Part shown: positions 1-11,900 of the stretch, one piece after another | Numbering within the stretch: the first letter of the stretch is position 1 | Layout of the letters: each line of letters begins with the position of its first letter | Origin: Perna viridis | Taxonomy: Eukaryota | Length of the DNA: 64,000 nt | Direction of reading: 5' to 3' | Assembly (NCBI GenBank): GCA_037379345.1 | Contig: CM074517.1 | Coordinates: forward strand, 10,292,001 to 10,356,000 | Notes under the pieces: model-generated | The model's database searches: none | What the model saw: only the letters and a program-made list of their open reading frames with translations | Told to the model about the DNA's origin: nothing | Made by a program: the position numbers and the translations under genes

Positions 1-859
1 GCGGGTGTTGCTGTGGAGCAGGACATGCTTACCCTTTTTAAGCACCTGATTTTGTGGGAGCTTATATAACTACTACTTCAGTTTTGATTCTTTTATCTTC
101 AGTTTTTATTTATAATTCTTTTTATTCAGTTAGCTACATTATGTATGTAGATCGTCTTTGTTTCATGCATTCACGTTTAGGTATTTTTTTTTATTTTGAC
201 GTATTTGAATCATCCCACTGCTTACACTTCGGTATTTTCTCCATTTACATCGACTTATCGCCCTTTGGCCTAGTCCTAGATTGCTATGACGGCCGACGGC
301 TGATTTGTCAGACAAGCGTCGGAGCTTTTCCCGTATCAAAAACACGGAATTTGACTAAAGGGTTGAAATTCACAACACTATTGGCATGTTTTTCACTTTT
401 ATGAAATGTTTTACAAAATTTCAATATAAATTCCATATCACAGTATATTGTTATTTTTTTTTTTTTTTTGGCTTCCTCAAACACAAATTACTACAGAAAA
501 GCATATATGAATTATTGTTGAGAGTATAAACTTTCATTTCATATCTGGTTTAAACATTCCAAGAGCCATTAAAGTAATAAATTTTGATATCATACCGCAC
601 ACCAGATTTGCTCTGCAAAATCCAGGGTTTTTGAAATGGATAAGCTCTGACGTTCCACGGCCCAGCTTGTTTGGGTAATCTCGGACTGCTTTTGGTCATT
701 CTTAAAGATATAAGCAAAGGTCGTTGTCGCCGCTGACTAAGCAGGCGCGGATCTAAGGAAAAGCGTACCGCGCGTACGCCCCTTAAACTGAGAAAAATAA
801 ATGCATGAAATCTGGATTTCTTGATTTTTTTCACAAATTCTAACAATTTTTTTTCTTAC

Positions 860-883
860 CTTGCTTTGCTCGGTCTGTTTCAT
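860..883 (-). CDS. Possible first coding micro-exon (MKQTEQSK) of a divergent gene running off the left edge
   Basis: Minus-strand ATG at 883, donor AAG|GTAAGA at 860/859, in a CpG-rich region. Confidence 0.3.
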
Positions 884-1239
884 CGACCCGCCCCTGAATG
901 CCTATGCTCCTGGTTGTTAGTGGATAACGTTCAGAATGGTTACTTTTAGTTGTTGTTGTGTTCGCCGGTTATTCCGTGCTTTTCGGTGTTAATGTCTCAG
1001 TTTTCAAACTTGTTTTACAAGCCGATATCCTTCAACCTTCTCTTGTTTACCACCTTTAATATTTTTTTGTGAAGTTTCACAAAGTTAGGTTTTGAATTAA
1101 AATAGAAAACTTTGTATTTTTTATTTTATACAAAATTTTGGCATAACTTACCAAAAGACAGCCTGAAACATCCCATTAAAAATCTGGTTAAAACACCCTT
1201 TTCTTGATCCGCCCTTGAAAATGATATACAGTTTGATGA

Positions 1240-1258
1240 AACACACACACACACACAC
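1240..1258. repeat. (AC)n microsatellite
   Basis: acacacacacacacacac. Confidence 0.9.
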
Positions 1259-1504
1259 TTACGTTTCAAAACTTTAAAAAACTAAAGTAAGAAAGTACAT
1301 CTTTTCAAAGATATATGCTATCTTTTAAAATGATAGCATGAAATATTGGTTTTCATTAAATATTTCTCGCATTACTACCGGTAGATAGTCCTTGGTTTGA
1401 CAGAAAAAAGGAGCGACTTTTAACTCAGAAAGTTCAGTTTCAAGGTCTTAGGTCCAAGAAAAAAAACCTTGGATGGATACAGTCTTTTGAGTTTTTACTG
1501 TTCA

Positions 1505-1600
1505 ACATTTCGCGGGCAAAAACTTCAGTATGGGACACTTCCGGAATCCGAATTTGTTACTAAAATTACGTCACCAGGTGCATTTCACCGCCATCTTTGA
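1505..1600 (+). promoter_or_regulatory. Probable core promoter of the TALE gene
   Basis: Clustered motifs within ~95 bp: E2F-like TTTCGCGG (1508), ETS ACTTCCGG (1537), CRE/ATF-like TTACGTCA (1566), YY1 CCGCCATCTT (1588). A strong donor AAG|GTAAGT follows at 1687/1688. Confidence 0.6.
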
Positions 1601-1687
1601 ACTTGTCACTGAAGTAGTTGAAGTAAAAAGATGAGCTAAGCCATTATACTACATGAAATAAACGTTAAACGGCTGTATGTGATGAAG
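1575..1687 (+). other. Probable non-coding first exon (5' UTR) of the TALE gene; start approximate
   Basis: Consensus donor downstream of the promoter motifs. The acceptor at 8815 lies upstream of the ATG, so an upstream exon is required. Confidence 0.55.
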
Positions 1688-3149
1688 GTAAGTGCTATAA
1701 ATCTTTCAAACCCCTTACTCTGTGCAATGTCAACAAAAGTTCATCGAGATTTCTTTAAGAGGTGTAAAGTTGAGAGGTCACCGGTTTCAACTTCCATAGG
1801 ATTGACGGTTTCTAAAAATAAAATAAAAATAAATATGTGTCGTCTTATAGTGAATATTCACCTGCATAAAAAATAAGCAACTTTTATACAGTTTTATTTG
1901 CTTTAGTTGTTTATATATACTACACACTGGTCAAAGGAGTAGGTCTCGCCAACCGATTTTTCGTCCTCTCCTGTGAAACAAGTTCATTGCCAAAATTTAA
2001 GGAGATTGCTGATATTTCGCTCCCAAAAATGAGCTATCATACTACAATTTTCAATGAGGAATAAAATTTTGGTGAGTAGATTTGCGAGAAGTGCTTCTGT
2101 CTCGAATATGGCAAGATCTACTCCCTTACCACAATCCAGTATCACCAATTGGAAATAAGTCCTAGCAGGGACAGAATTTAAATTTACTAGTAGTAGCCAC
2201 CTGGGCTTCTGCATTTAAAAAAAATGGAAGCCCAGACCAATAGTTAAGGGCTCAGGTATTTCTTGTGAGGCCTGTGATGTGGGCAAACCCGCTAGGGGTT
2301 TGGGGCATGCCTCCCTCCCAAGATAATGTTCAACTTTTGAAAGCAAATTCTGCATTCTGAGAGTACATGGAGACCTTTTCAGAAGCTAAAAATACAGCAT
2401 TTTTTTTACTCTTTCAATTTCCTTTTTTTGTATGTAGTTTCAAATTCAAACTGAAAGAAATCCTCCCATCTTTTGATATCATTTGCCATTAAACCATAGA
2501 AAAATTAAAAAATAAAAAATATTTTGACCCATGTACAGACAATTTTTGTATTATCATTGAAGAAAAGTACATTGAATTATGTACTATTTTGAAATCTGTA
2601 ATTAAAATAAAGAAACAATTTCAACCCTGACAGACTTTTAAAGTTCTATTTTATTGGATATGTGGTAACAGTTGTTGTTGGAATGAACTTTTAATTTTAA
2701 CCATGCCATCGTCGGTTGTGTTAAGCCACAGGTGCCTGTTTTCCCATTCTGTCAAAAAACTTCTTGCCCTCTTTGAAGATTCATAATTGGAATAATATTT
2801 TTGTTTGTCTTCAGTTGTTATTCTTTTTTTCCAAGGGTTTCACCCCTTGCCAGAGGTGCTCAGCCTCAGCATACCCGACACTCACTGTTATTTTGTAATC
2901 TTCAAGTCAACAATGGTTGTATTTGTTGTCTTTGGTCAATAAGACTTCTTACCTAAATATGAAATACTTTTCTTGCGTTATTTATTTCTTTAAGTTCAAC
3001 ATTCTATGGACTACCACTACCAGAAAGATTCATTCTATTCCATCTACATAAGAGGTTGGAATATTCCCTTTCTCCATACTCCGAACTTTATTTTGGAGTA
3101 CTTTCTTGAAAACCGTATGCTTTGTCATACTAAGAAGTGGGGGAAGGTG

Positions 3150-3228
3150 GGAGTTCTTGGTTTGATCCCTGGCCAAGTCACATATCATAGAAACAGCTTC
3201 TCCGCTAAGCATGCATTATTTAGAAGAT
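3150..3228 (+). mobile_element. Degenerate tRNA-derived SINE fragment (Meta-domain-like)
   Basis: B-box-like ggtttgatccc followed by gcttctccgctaagca. Confidence 0.4.
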
Positions 3229-3504
3229 ACATGTACACAAACTTTTTTTTTTGGTGCAGATAGAGGATATTGTGAATGATTGGGGTGGCATACCTCAGGG
3301 GTCAAACTGTTAGAGAAAAACAAGGAGAAGTGACTCCTCTTTTAGAGAGACATCAGGGAGAAATGAAGAATAGAGTCCTTCTTGAACATGCATCATTCGC
3401 ATGTTTTTTTTGTTAATTATATTTCACAATGAAAAAAAGTCATTGCAGTGAAATTGAGATTTGCTTTTTAAATGTAAAGCAAGATGAATTTACATGTTTA
3501 TGGT

Positions 3505-6160
3505 TTTTACATGTTGCTCACCTGGCCATCATCTGTCTTTGTCTTTTTCAAACATCTTCTCCTCTGAAAAAAACTCACCATTTTGTTACCCTTTTATTGC
3601 AGCTGAACATCGGCTGTTTCCCTAGAGACTTTTCCCAAAATGTTGAAAAATGTTTTTCCCAAATGAAGGAAAATTCCCATTTGTCAGGTATAATTTTATG
3701 AAAACTAGGTAAGAAGCCAGCGAAATGTTCCTCAAGGTGTGGTTTCCCGGCCTGGTACTTTATCCACTTCTGTGGAATGTTTTTTGGCAAATTAGTCATA
3801 ACCTAGTGAATATCAGGAGTATGTATTTGTCTTTGGTTTTCAGTTCCGGATCGGCATATGACGTTTCTGTCCCCTTTACCATATTTTCCAAATGTGTTAA
3901 AAATATGGCAAAAATTTCCCAAAAATAAAGGGTTGAGCTTCTTTTAAAACAAGGAACAAAATCACTGGTATTTTTAACAATCCGTGTGTGGGGATTTTTG
4001 ATCTGGCAAAAAAAACATGACCACTGTTACTAAAAAGACAATAGGGGTCAAATTGCGGAATTTTGCGAATAACTCAAAAACGGTTGAAAATTGCTCAGCA
4101 TGATGGACCCATGTCAATTTTTCAGAAAGATCTATTGATGAATGAGTTATGGGTCCTGTAATGAATTTTTTTTCTCGAATTTTACATTTCCAATTTTAAA
4201 AATCTTTTCCTCTGAAACTACTGGATAGATTGAAACAAAACTTAGCATGAATGTTATGTACACCATCTTAAACTAACTGTGCGTGGGCGATCTAGTGAAA
4301 AACATGGCCCCACCTTACTAAAAATAGACCATATGGGGCAAATTTCAGTTTTATGCACATAACTCAAAAACAGTTGGGTTTAGCTGAAATCTGACAGGAT
4401 GTAAAATTGTTAAGCATGATTTGATGGACCTATGCAGAATTTTCAGAAAGATTCGTTGCCAAATGAATGAGTTATTGGTCCTGAAATGCAGTTTTTCCCA
4501 AATGTCGCCGGTCCAACGGTCCTGACAGGTAAAATTGTTGTCGGACTGACAAATTATAATCTTTTTCCAGACCAAATGTCCGACATGTCCTGTGGTCGGT
4601 TCAGGGATTTTTTTTTTCCACGTGCAAGATTACAATTAAATACCATTGCCATTTCCGGTTTTAGACCAATATTTTTTTTTTAACTCAAAATTGTGGAAGG
4701 GGCAATCCCTGGAAAGTCTTTAAAATGTCCAATAAATTTTACATTTCCAATTTTAAAAATCTTTTCCTCTGAAACTACTGGATAGATTGAAACAAAACTT
4801 AGCATGAATGTTATGTACACCATCTTAAACTAACTGTGCGTGGGCGATCTGGTGAAAAACATGGCCCCACCTTACTAAAAATAGACCATATGGGGCAAAT
4901 TTCAGTTTTATGCACATAACTCAAAAACAGTTGGGTTTAGCTGAAATCTGACAGGATGTAAAATTGTTAAGCATGATTTGATGGACCTATGCAGAATTTT
5001 CAGAAAGATTCGTTGCCAAATGAATGAGTTATTGGTCCTGAAATGCAGTTTTTCCCAAATGTCGCCGGTCCAACGGTCCTGACAGGTAAAATTGTTGTCA
5101 GACTGACAAATTATAATCTTTTTCCAGACCAAATGTCTGACATGTCCTGTGGTCGGTTCGGGGATTTTTTTTTCCACGTGCAAGATTACAATTAAATACC
5201 ATTGCCATTTCCGGTTTTAGACCAATATTTTTTTTTAACTCAAAATTGTGGAAGGGGCAATCCCTGGAAAGTCTTTAAAATGTCCAATAACAGAGGCTGA
5301 ACAAAGCCAAAGGAAGAAGAGATATGAGGAAAATCATCCCGATCAGAAATTCAGTAAAAGCTGGGATAGGAATATGGACATGTTTATTCTTACAGTTTAT
5401 CTAATTAAACAAATGCAACTCATTTCGAAAGGCAGAGACTGCTGAAATGTTTTTTTCCTGAATTTTAAATTTCCAATTTTAAAAATATCTCCTCTGAAAC
5501 TACTTCATTTGTAAATGGATTGAAAGAAAATTTAGCATAAATGTTATTTAGAACATCTTTCACAATTTGTGCATGGGGATTTTTGATCTTGTGAAAAACA
5601 TGGCTGCTATATTAAACATGGACATGGAGGTGAAATTGCAGGATTTTGCAAAGAGTTGGCTTTATCTAAAATCTGTCAGAGTAAAGAAGATCCCTTAACA
5701 GATGAATGAGTTGTAGGTACTGAAATGGATTTTTTTCCAGAATTTTTGTATTTCCAATTTTGAAAACCTCCTCCTGAACTACTGGGTGGATTGTAACCTA
5801 ACTTGGCATGAATGTACATTACAATATTCTTGACAATCTTTGTGTGGGGATTTTTTATTTGGCAAAAACCGTTGAAGATTTTTGGAAATAACTCTAAACA
5901 AATGGGTTGAGCTAAATTCTGACAGGGTATAACTGATCAGCATATGCCGAAATTCTCGTAAAGATCTTTTGACCAGTGTTATTGCCCTTTAAAAGTAAAA
6001 AAAACGACCGAGAGATTTGTTTTATGATATGAAAACCCAGTAGATAACTAAGATTCTCTCTATTGATTGAAGGGTTGTTGTGACAAAAGTTCTGCTTTAG
6101 AAAGCTAAAAAGACTATTTTTGACCAGGTGAGCAATTCAGGCTCTCTAGAGCCTCTAGTT
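3505..6160 (+). mobile_element. Helentron/HINE-like element with internal degenerate tandem array and nested inserts
   Basis: Subterminal inverted repeat gctcacctgg (3516) / ccaggtgagc (6124); 3' hairpin aggctct-ct-agagcct then ctagtt; repeated ctcctctgaaactactgg...aaacttggcatgaatg units. Confidence 0.7.
4178..5290 (+). repeat. Near-perfect tandem duplication, 2 x ~557 bp
   Basis: Identical ORF translations ending at 4351 and 4908; copies differ by ~4 transitions and poly-T length. Confidence 0.95.
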
Positions 6161-8300
6161 CATAAGAGCTTAATTTAATGCAAAGGTGATCTTTCCCTCT
6201 AATAATTTCAAAGGGGCCAGAAAAAAGCATTTTCCTGATGTCTGGATATTGATTTAAGTGAAAGGAAATGGATCTGTGTGAAGTACCACAAAGCCCAATT
6301 CTCTAAAAGGAAAGTTTGGATTGATTTTTTAATGGAACCACTATGGAATAAGGGGCCAAAAAAGGGTCACTTCCATTCTCGTTAAATACTTTTTTATGTT
6401 GAACTACAGTTTGGTAGAGAGACAAATTGTTTTTGTCTTGTCCATGTGTCCAACACAAAGTTAGTCAGCGCACCTCCTCTCAAACTACTTTACAGAATTT
6501 TATGGAACTTACCAAAAATCCTCAATTACCTTGTCAGTGCAACTCCTCTGAATCTACTGAAACAAATATGTTCAGGACAGTTTGTGGGACGAGGGGAGAC
6601 ATGTTTTTGCAGACAAACTTAACTGTATCAAGCTTGAATGGTGTATCCATTGCATACAGTACTTGCTCTACTTTTGAAGGGTTCAAATTCTGTATCTTGT
6701 GAAGCATTGTACCATAGTAGGAGTGTGTTCATATGGTGGAATAACCCCCAAGCTGTAGTAAACCATTTGAAATGTCAGGGTTGCTTGCCTCAGTCACTGA
6801 CAGTTTATTTGCTCTAAGGAGAATAACCTGCAAGTTAAATGTGATGTGCAACTTTAAAATTATATTTTGCCATATGTTTGCATTTATTGGCATTTGAAGA
6901 AAATTTTAAACAAGTAGGGTATTGTATGCTTTCTTTTTTACCCTGTTTAATCATTGAAAAGACTGAACAAATATAATCATTGTATCTAACTGTTCTTTAT
7001 GCCTGATGGTTGCATATCCTGTGAAATTACTTGTCAGATTCCCCCTATATTTGGTGTAAATCTAGTGCCAATCCCTGAGCATGTACAATTTGAGCTTTCC
7101 TTCAAAGTCTAAAATTGTCAGGAATCCTAGAATACCATATTACTAGTTCACCAGACATACCAATATACATTGTACATGTATTACTGGGGTATGAATGTTG
7201 CCTGTCTGAGAGTATGATCTTGAAATGCAATCAAATACATTCGGCTTTCCAATAGAGGCCGAGCATTGAAAACTAACTTAACCACAACAGACTCATACCT
7301 CCTGCCAAACATCAATATAAGGATAATGGGAAAAGGTATTTATAGAATCCTGCTTGTTAATGTTTGAAGAGAAGCTATTGTCAAACTTGACCTAAATGAC
7401 TTCCTAGGGAGAGTAGAATCATGGTCACATTAGACAGGTGACCTTAATGTACAGATTAATTTTACATACATGTACATGTAGAATGCACTACAGAAGTTTT
7501 TTAAGACAAGTTATTGTTGAATACATGTGGTCACTAAGACAGGGTTGACAGACTTTTTATCCAACTTGCAATTGATGTATTTGTTATTGTCTTTGTTTCA
7601 TCTGAATTTTCTTCAATTAAGATTTATACTCCCTTTGCAGACTGTTATTGATGGCTATAAAAGGTGGATATCTTGAATAAATATGACTCTCTAAAATGCA
7701 TTAAAAGCTATAAAATAGTAGAAATTGCTTTATTGTGTATTGTTACACAAAATTTTTGTTGCATTTACCTGTAACTTCTGTTTAATAAATCTGTAGGTGT
7801 ATGGCTACTCGTTTAAATCATAAATCTATTTGTATAACCTTATGTTCAGTGAGAATCTAGGTCACATGATAAAGCTGTGTATTACCCTTGCTGGAGAAAA
7901 AAAACTGAAATACTTCAAATTATTTTGTGTAGACTTTTTGTGTGTGTCAGGATTTGATAATGGATTCACACAAAGGTAGTAAGTGCTCAGCCTAATATTA
8001 AACTACTGCTAATATTTAAACTAACAGCAACACAAAAGGAGAATGGACAAAATTTCACTACTACAAACTGTAATATAATAAGTGTTTAAAAATAAGTGTT
8101 TTAAGTAGAGTATTTGGTTCATGCAGTTGTTGTTTTGGCAGATAATAAAAATAAGACTTACAACATAAGGCGGAGTTAAAAGTTTGAGTTGTAGGTTTTT
8201 TTTATTCTGTTGTAACATTTTCAATCAATCATTTTTAAAAAAATTATTTACTAAATGTATATATGTTTTCTGAACTGAGGAAGGTTATCAAGTCTTATTT

Positions 8301-8780
8301 ACCACTGGACACTTTCTGGTAAGGTTTTGATTTGAAGAGTCACCACTGGACACTTTCTTGTGAGGTTTTGATTTGAAGAGTCACCACTGGATACTTTCTT
8401 GTGAGGTTTTGATTGAAAGGGTCACCACTAGACACTTTCTTGTGAGGTTTTGGTTGAAAGGGTAACCACTGGACACTTTCTTGTGAGATTTTGGTTGAAA
8501 GGGTCACCACTGGACACTTTCTTGTGAGGTTTTGATTGAAAGGGTCACCACTAGACACTTTCTTGTGAGGTTTGGATTGAAAGGGTCACCACTAGACACT
8601 TTCTTGTGAGGTTTTGGTTGAAAGGGTCACCACTGGACACTTGTGAGGTTTTGATTGAAAGGGTCACCACTGGACACTTGTGAGGTTTTGATTGAAAGGG
8701 TCACCACTGGACACTTTCTTTTGGGGTTTTGGTTGAAAGGGTCACCACTAGACACTTTCTTGTGAGGTTTTGATTGAAAG
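8301..8780. repeat. 41-bp minisatellite, 12 units (two carry a 4-bp deletion, last truncated)
   Basis: Unit accactggacactttcttgtgaggttttgattgaaagggtc; starts at 8301, 8342, 8383 ... 8629, 8666, 8703, 8744. Confidence 0.97.
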
Positions 8781-8824
8781 ATTTGAAAAAACTGGTATGT
8801 GTACTTTCTTTTCAGGGCTAACTG

Positions 8825-8959
8825 ATGGCGGTGAATATTAAGATTGAGCCTTTACCGATGGACAGATACTCCCCCTTAACCATTAATGTCAATGCTATGG
8901 ACGATGACAAAGTTCAGAAACTGAAGAGAGATAGAAGAAGCAAACAGGATGGATTCCAT
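8825..8959 (+). CDS. TALE gene coding exon 1 (MAVNIKIEP...QDGFH)
   Basis: Acceptor ctttcttttcag ends at 8815, ATG at 8825, donor gtgagt at 8960; phase 0 matches the next exon. Confidence 0.75.
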
Positions 8960-11900
8960 GTGAGTATTTCATTCCAACTTTTGTTAAACCATTTCTTTTG
9001 CTTAAGTGCATGAGTGGCTTATGAAAGAAATTTAATTTGTTTGATATTTCTTCACATGAAATGTATTCAAACTCTTGTGCTTTAATTAGCAGGATTTTTA
9101 TGGATAACTGGTGAAACAGTTTCTGTCTGTGTACTTGTATTCTTCATGGTTATTTTTTTAACAGGCCCAAACTTTATTTTGGAGAATTTTTTTATAGAAA
9201 TTACTAGCTTATAGAGACTTTCACAAGCTCACCAGCATTATAACCATGTCTTTGTTTGATGTTCAGCAGACCAATGACCATCAGAATAACATGCATAGAT
9301 TTACAGACTTCATTAAAAAAATAAATGTATGTCTACATTTGTGTCTTAATGCAAGTACTCATGATGGGAATAAACTAAGAAAATAATTTTGAAATAGGCT
9401 GGGTACATATAGATTGAATTACGTGGTAAACAAGTTGATGAGGAGATGGTTTTGGGGGAAAAAAAGAGGTGGGATGAATGGAATAAAACAAGTTATAATC
9501 CACTTTAGATATTTCAGGTTGGCCCAATGCATTTGACTCACAGGAACATATACTGAACTCACGCTTGGTGATAATTGTTTACAAACTTCATGAACTTTAA
9601 TACATATATGATTAACATTCTGGTGTGTAAGCTTATATCAAAGTGTTAATATTGTCTTACCTCCTGTCAATGACATTTACATTTGTATTACTTTCTTGGT
9701 GGCATTCAGTGTGGTCATTCATGAATTTCTTCATCTTACAATGCAATGAAATGAAAAGGGAAAGCTTACACACTCCCAGTGGTACATGTATATCATCTCC
9801 CTTCATTAGTAATAGTCAAGTTACCAATGCTGTAAACAGTTGTTTAATTTTGTTGGAAAAATAAAACTGACAGGTATGTTATTATCATTATTATGAACTG
9901 AAATTGAGTGAAACTAAAAGAAAACTTGGATTTGACCATGATTTTTTAATTTTCTTCTCCCTAAATTTAAAGAATATACTTTATTCATGTTATATCTGGT
10001 CAAAAATAACCGTTGCCTTTGGGGAATTTGTCAATGAGAAATTCCAAGGAAAGTCATTTCAGTATTTTGCAGAGAATTCCAGAAAATCAAATGGATATTT
10101 ATCTGAATATTTTCATTAAGCTCAGGCCCATTTTAAGTCACCTTTGCCTTTTCTTTGTAGAGGTTTGTATCTTAACTAAGTTTTTGGAAGTTCCTAGTGA
10201 TTTGCATTTACTAGGGCTGTCTTTCTTATGAATGAATATTTTGTTATATCCAATTTGGTAAACTTTAACAAATTATTTGGAATCAATTACATAATTCCAA
10301 AAATATGAACACAATTTATTATAAAAGCGAATTAACTCTAGGATCAAGTTTATTCTCTTTAGTTGAAATCTTACTCTAGATCTGTCAACCCTTTTTTTAT
10401 TTGCTCTCTGATTCAAAATCTTACAAGTGGATTGAATTGTTATTTTAGGATATCTATAAGTGTTTATAAGGTCCCAACTTTCATCAGCTGTGAACTGATG
10501 CTCTCTTTTAATACAATTAGCAAGAAAAAATTGAAATTGAATAATTTTATATGTGATACAGTTGTTGATCCATTGCAATAAATTGATTGTGTGAAACTTC
10601 ATTTTTGTCATCCAATTCTCATTATCTTCCCATCATATCTATTTACATACGGATTTATGTGTTTGCACAAGTAGGATTTAATATTAGTGCAGAACTATCA
10701 TCAGGTAGCTTGATCAAATTTTTTTGTTGCAAGATATTTTACATTTTCTTTTTTAGTAAGCTCAGCCTATGAGGAGCTTGTTGATTTTCAGTCTGTCTGA
10801 TATGCCTTGAGAGAAGCTTACTGATTTCTTTGTCCAAGTTTCACTTTCTGTTCCATTCTTTTCAAATCATCAATAATTTTTTTTTTTTTTTTTTTTGGTT
10901 TTATTTCTAACTGCACTTATTCTAAAGAACAAAGAATTTTTTGGTCTTATATAGACATATTTTTATAGGTTGATTTTTTATGGCATGTTTAATATTATTG
11001 TGATAGTTTATAGACGGTAAACGAGTGGGATTGACCAAGTACAAAACCACTCAACTGGTACAGATTTTGTTCTGATATTTGATTGTTGTAATATACTGCC
11101 AACTTTAACCTCCTTTCAAGGTAAAACAGGTGATTAGCTTCTTAAATTCTGATTCTTTGATAAATAAAATTGCCTTTTATATAAATCCACTGTGTGTGAA
11201 GGCCTCTGGTATTTTTGTCATCATTCAAAAAGCATTAGCCTAACTGCACCTTAATAATCTCAAATGTTTACACAAGAGTTTACTAAAAAAAAGAATTTGG
11301 GTCCTTAGGTGAGTGGAAATGCAGTTGTGTTATAAATCTGTGTCCTTAGTATGCTCCATGGATTCTGTTTGAAATCTTTTGAAGGGAAGTTCAATTAGTG
11401 ATGAAATTCAGCATACAGTTTGATTTAAAAGTTATTGTCATTATGAATGTCAGAAACAACTTCCTATTAATAGCAATAAACTTTTTTATATTACATTTCA
11501 TTGTAGAAAGTTTCAAGTAAGATTTATAATGTAGGAATAAAGAGATGCAAGTTGTCTGAGACAAGTTTTCAATGACTACCAATGTTTTTTTTTATCTTGT
11601 ATATTTGAATTAGATAATGTAAGCTTTGTTTTTTACTGGAGTAAATTTTGTACGTTAGTTGCTGGAGTAGACAGTCTTTAGATAAGGTCAGTTTATGCAG
11701 TGTGCTTCAATAAGATATAATATTGTGGCTTAGAACATGATACTGAAGTTGTTCTTTATGTTTTGGGGTTTTAAGGTAGTATGTTTCTTGATTGAAACTT
11801 TCCTTACCCCAGCTTTTCTGGAGGTGTATATAGTGATCATGGTATCAGTCTGTCCATCTACAACTTTTTAGCTCACCTGGCCAATGACCATGTTAGCTAT

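Noticed and set aside
1-404. 116-aa ORF at the left edge
   Set aside because: Low-information translation; the start resembles an interspersed repeat fragment that I cannot classify.
4351-5183. Duplicated 74/91-aa minus-strand ORFs
   Set aside because: Products of the tandem duplication within a non-coding repeat.
8301-8780. CRISPR-like regular repeat and the ORF 8340..8558
   Set aside because: Head-to-tail units with no unique spacers, no cas genes and a eukaryotic intron context; the ORF is a repeat artefact.
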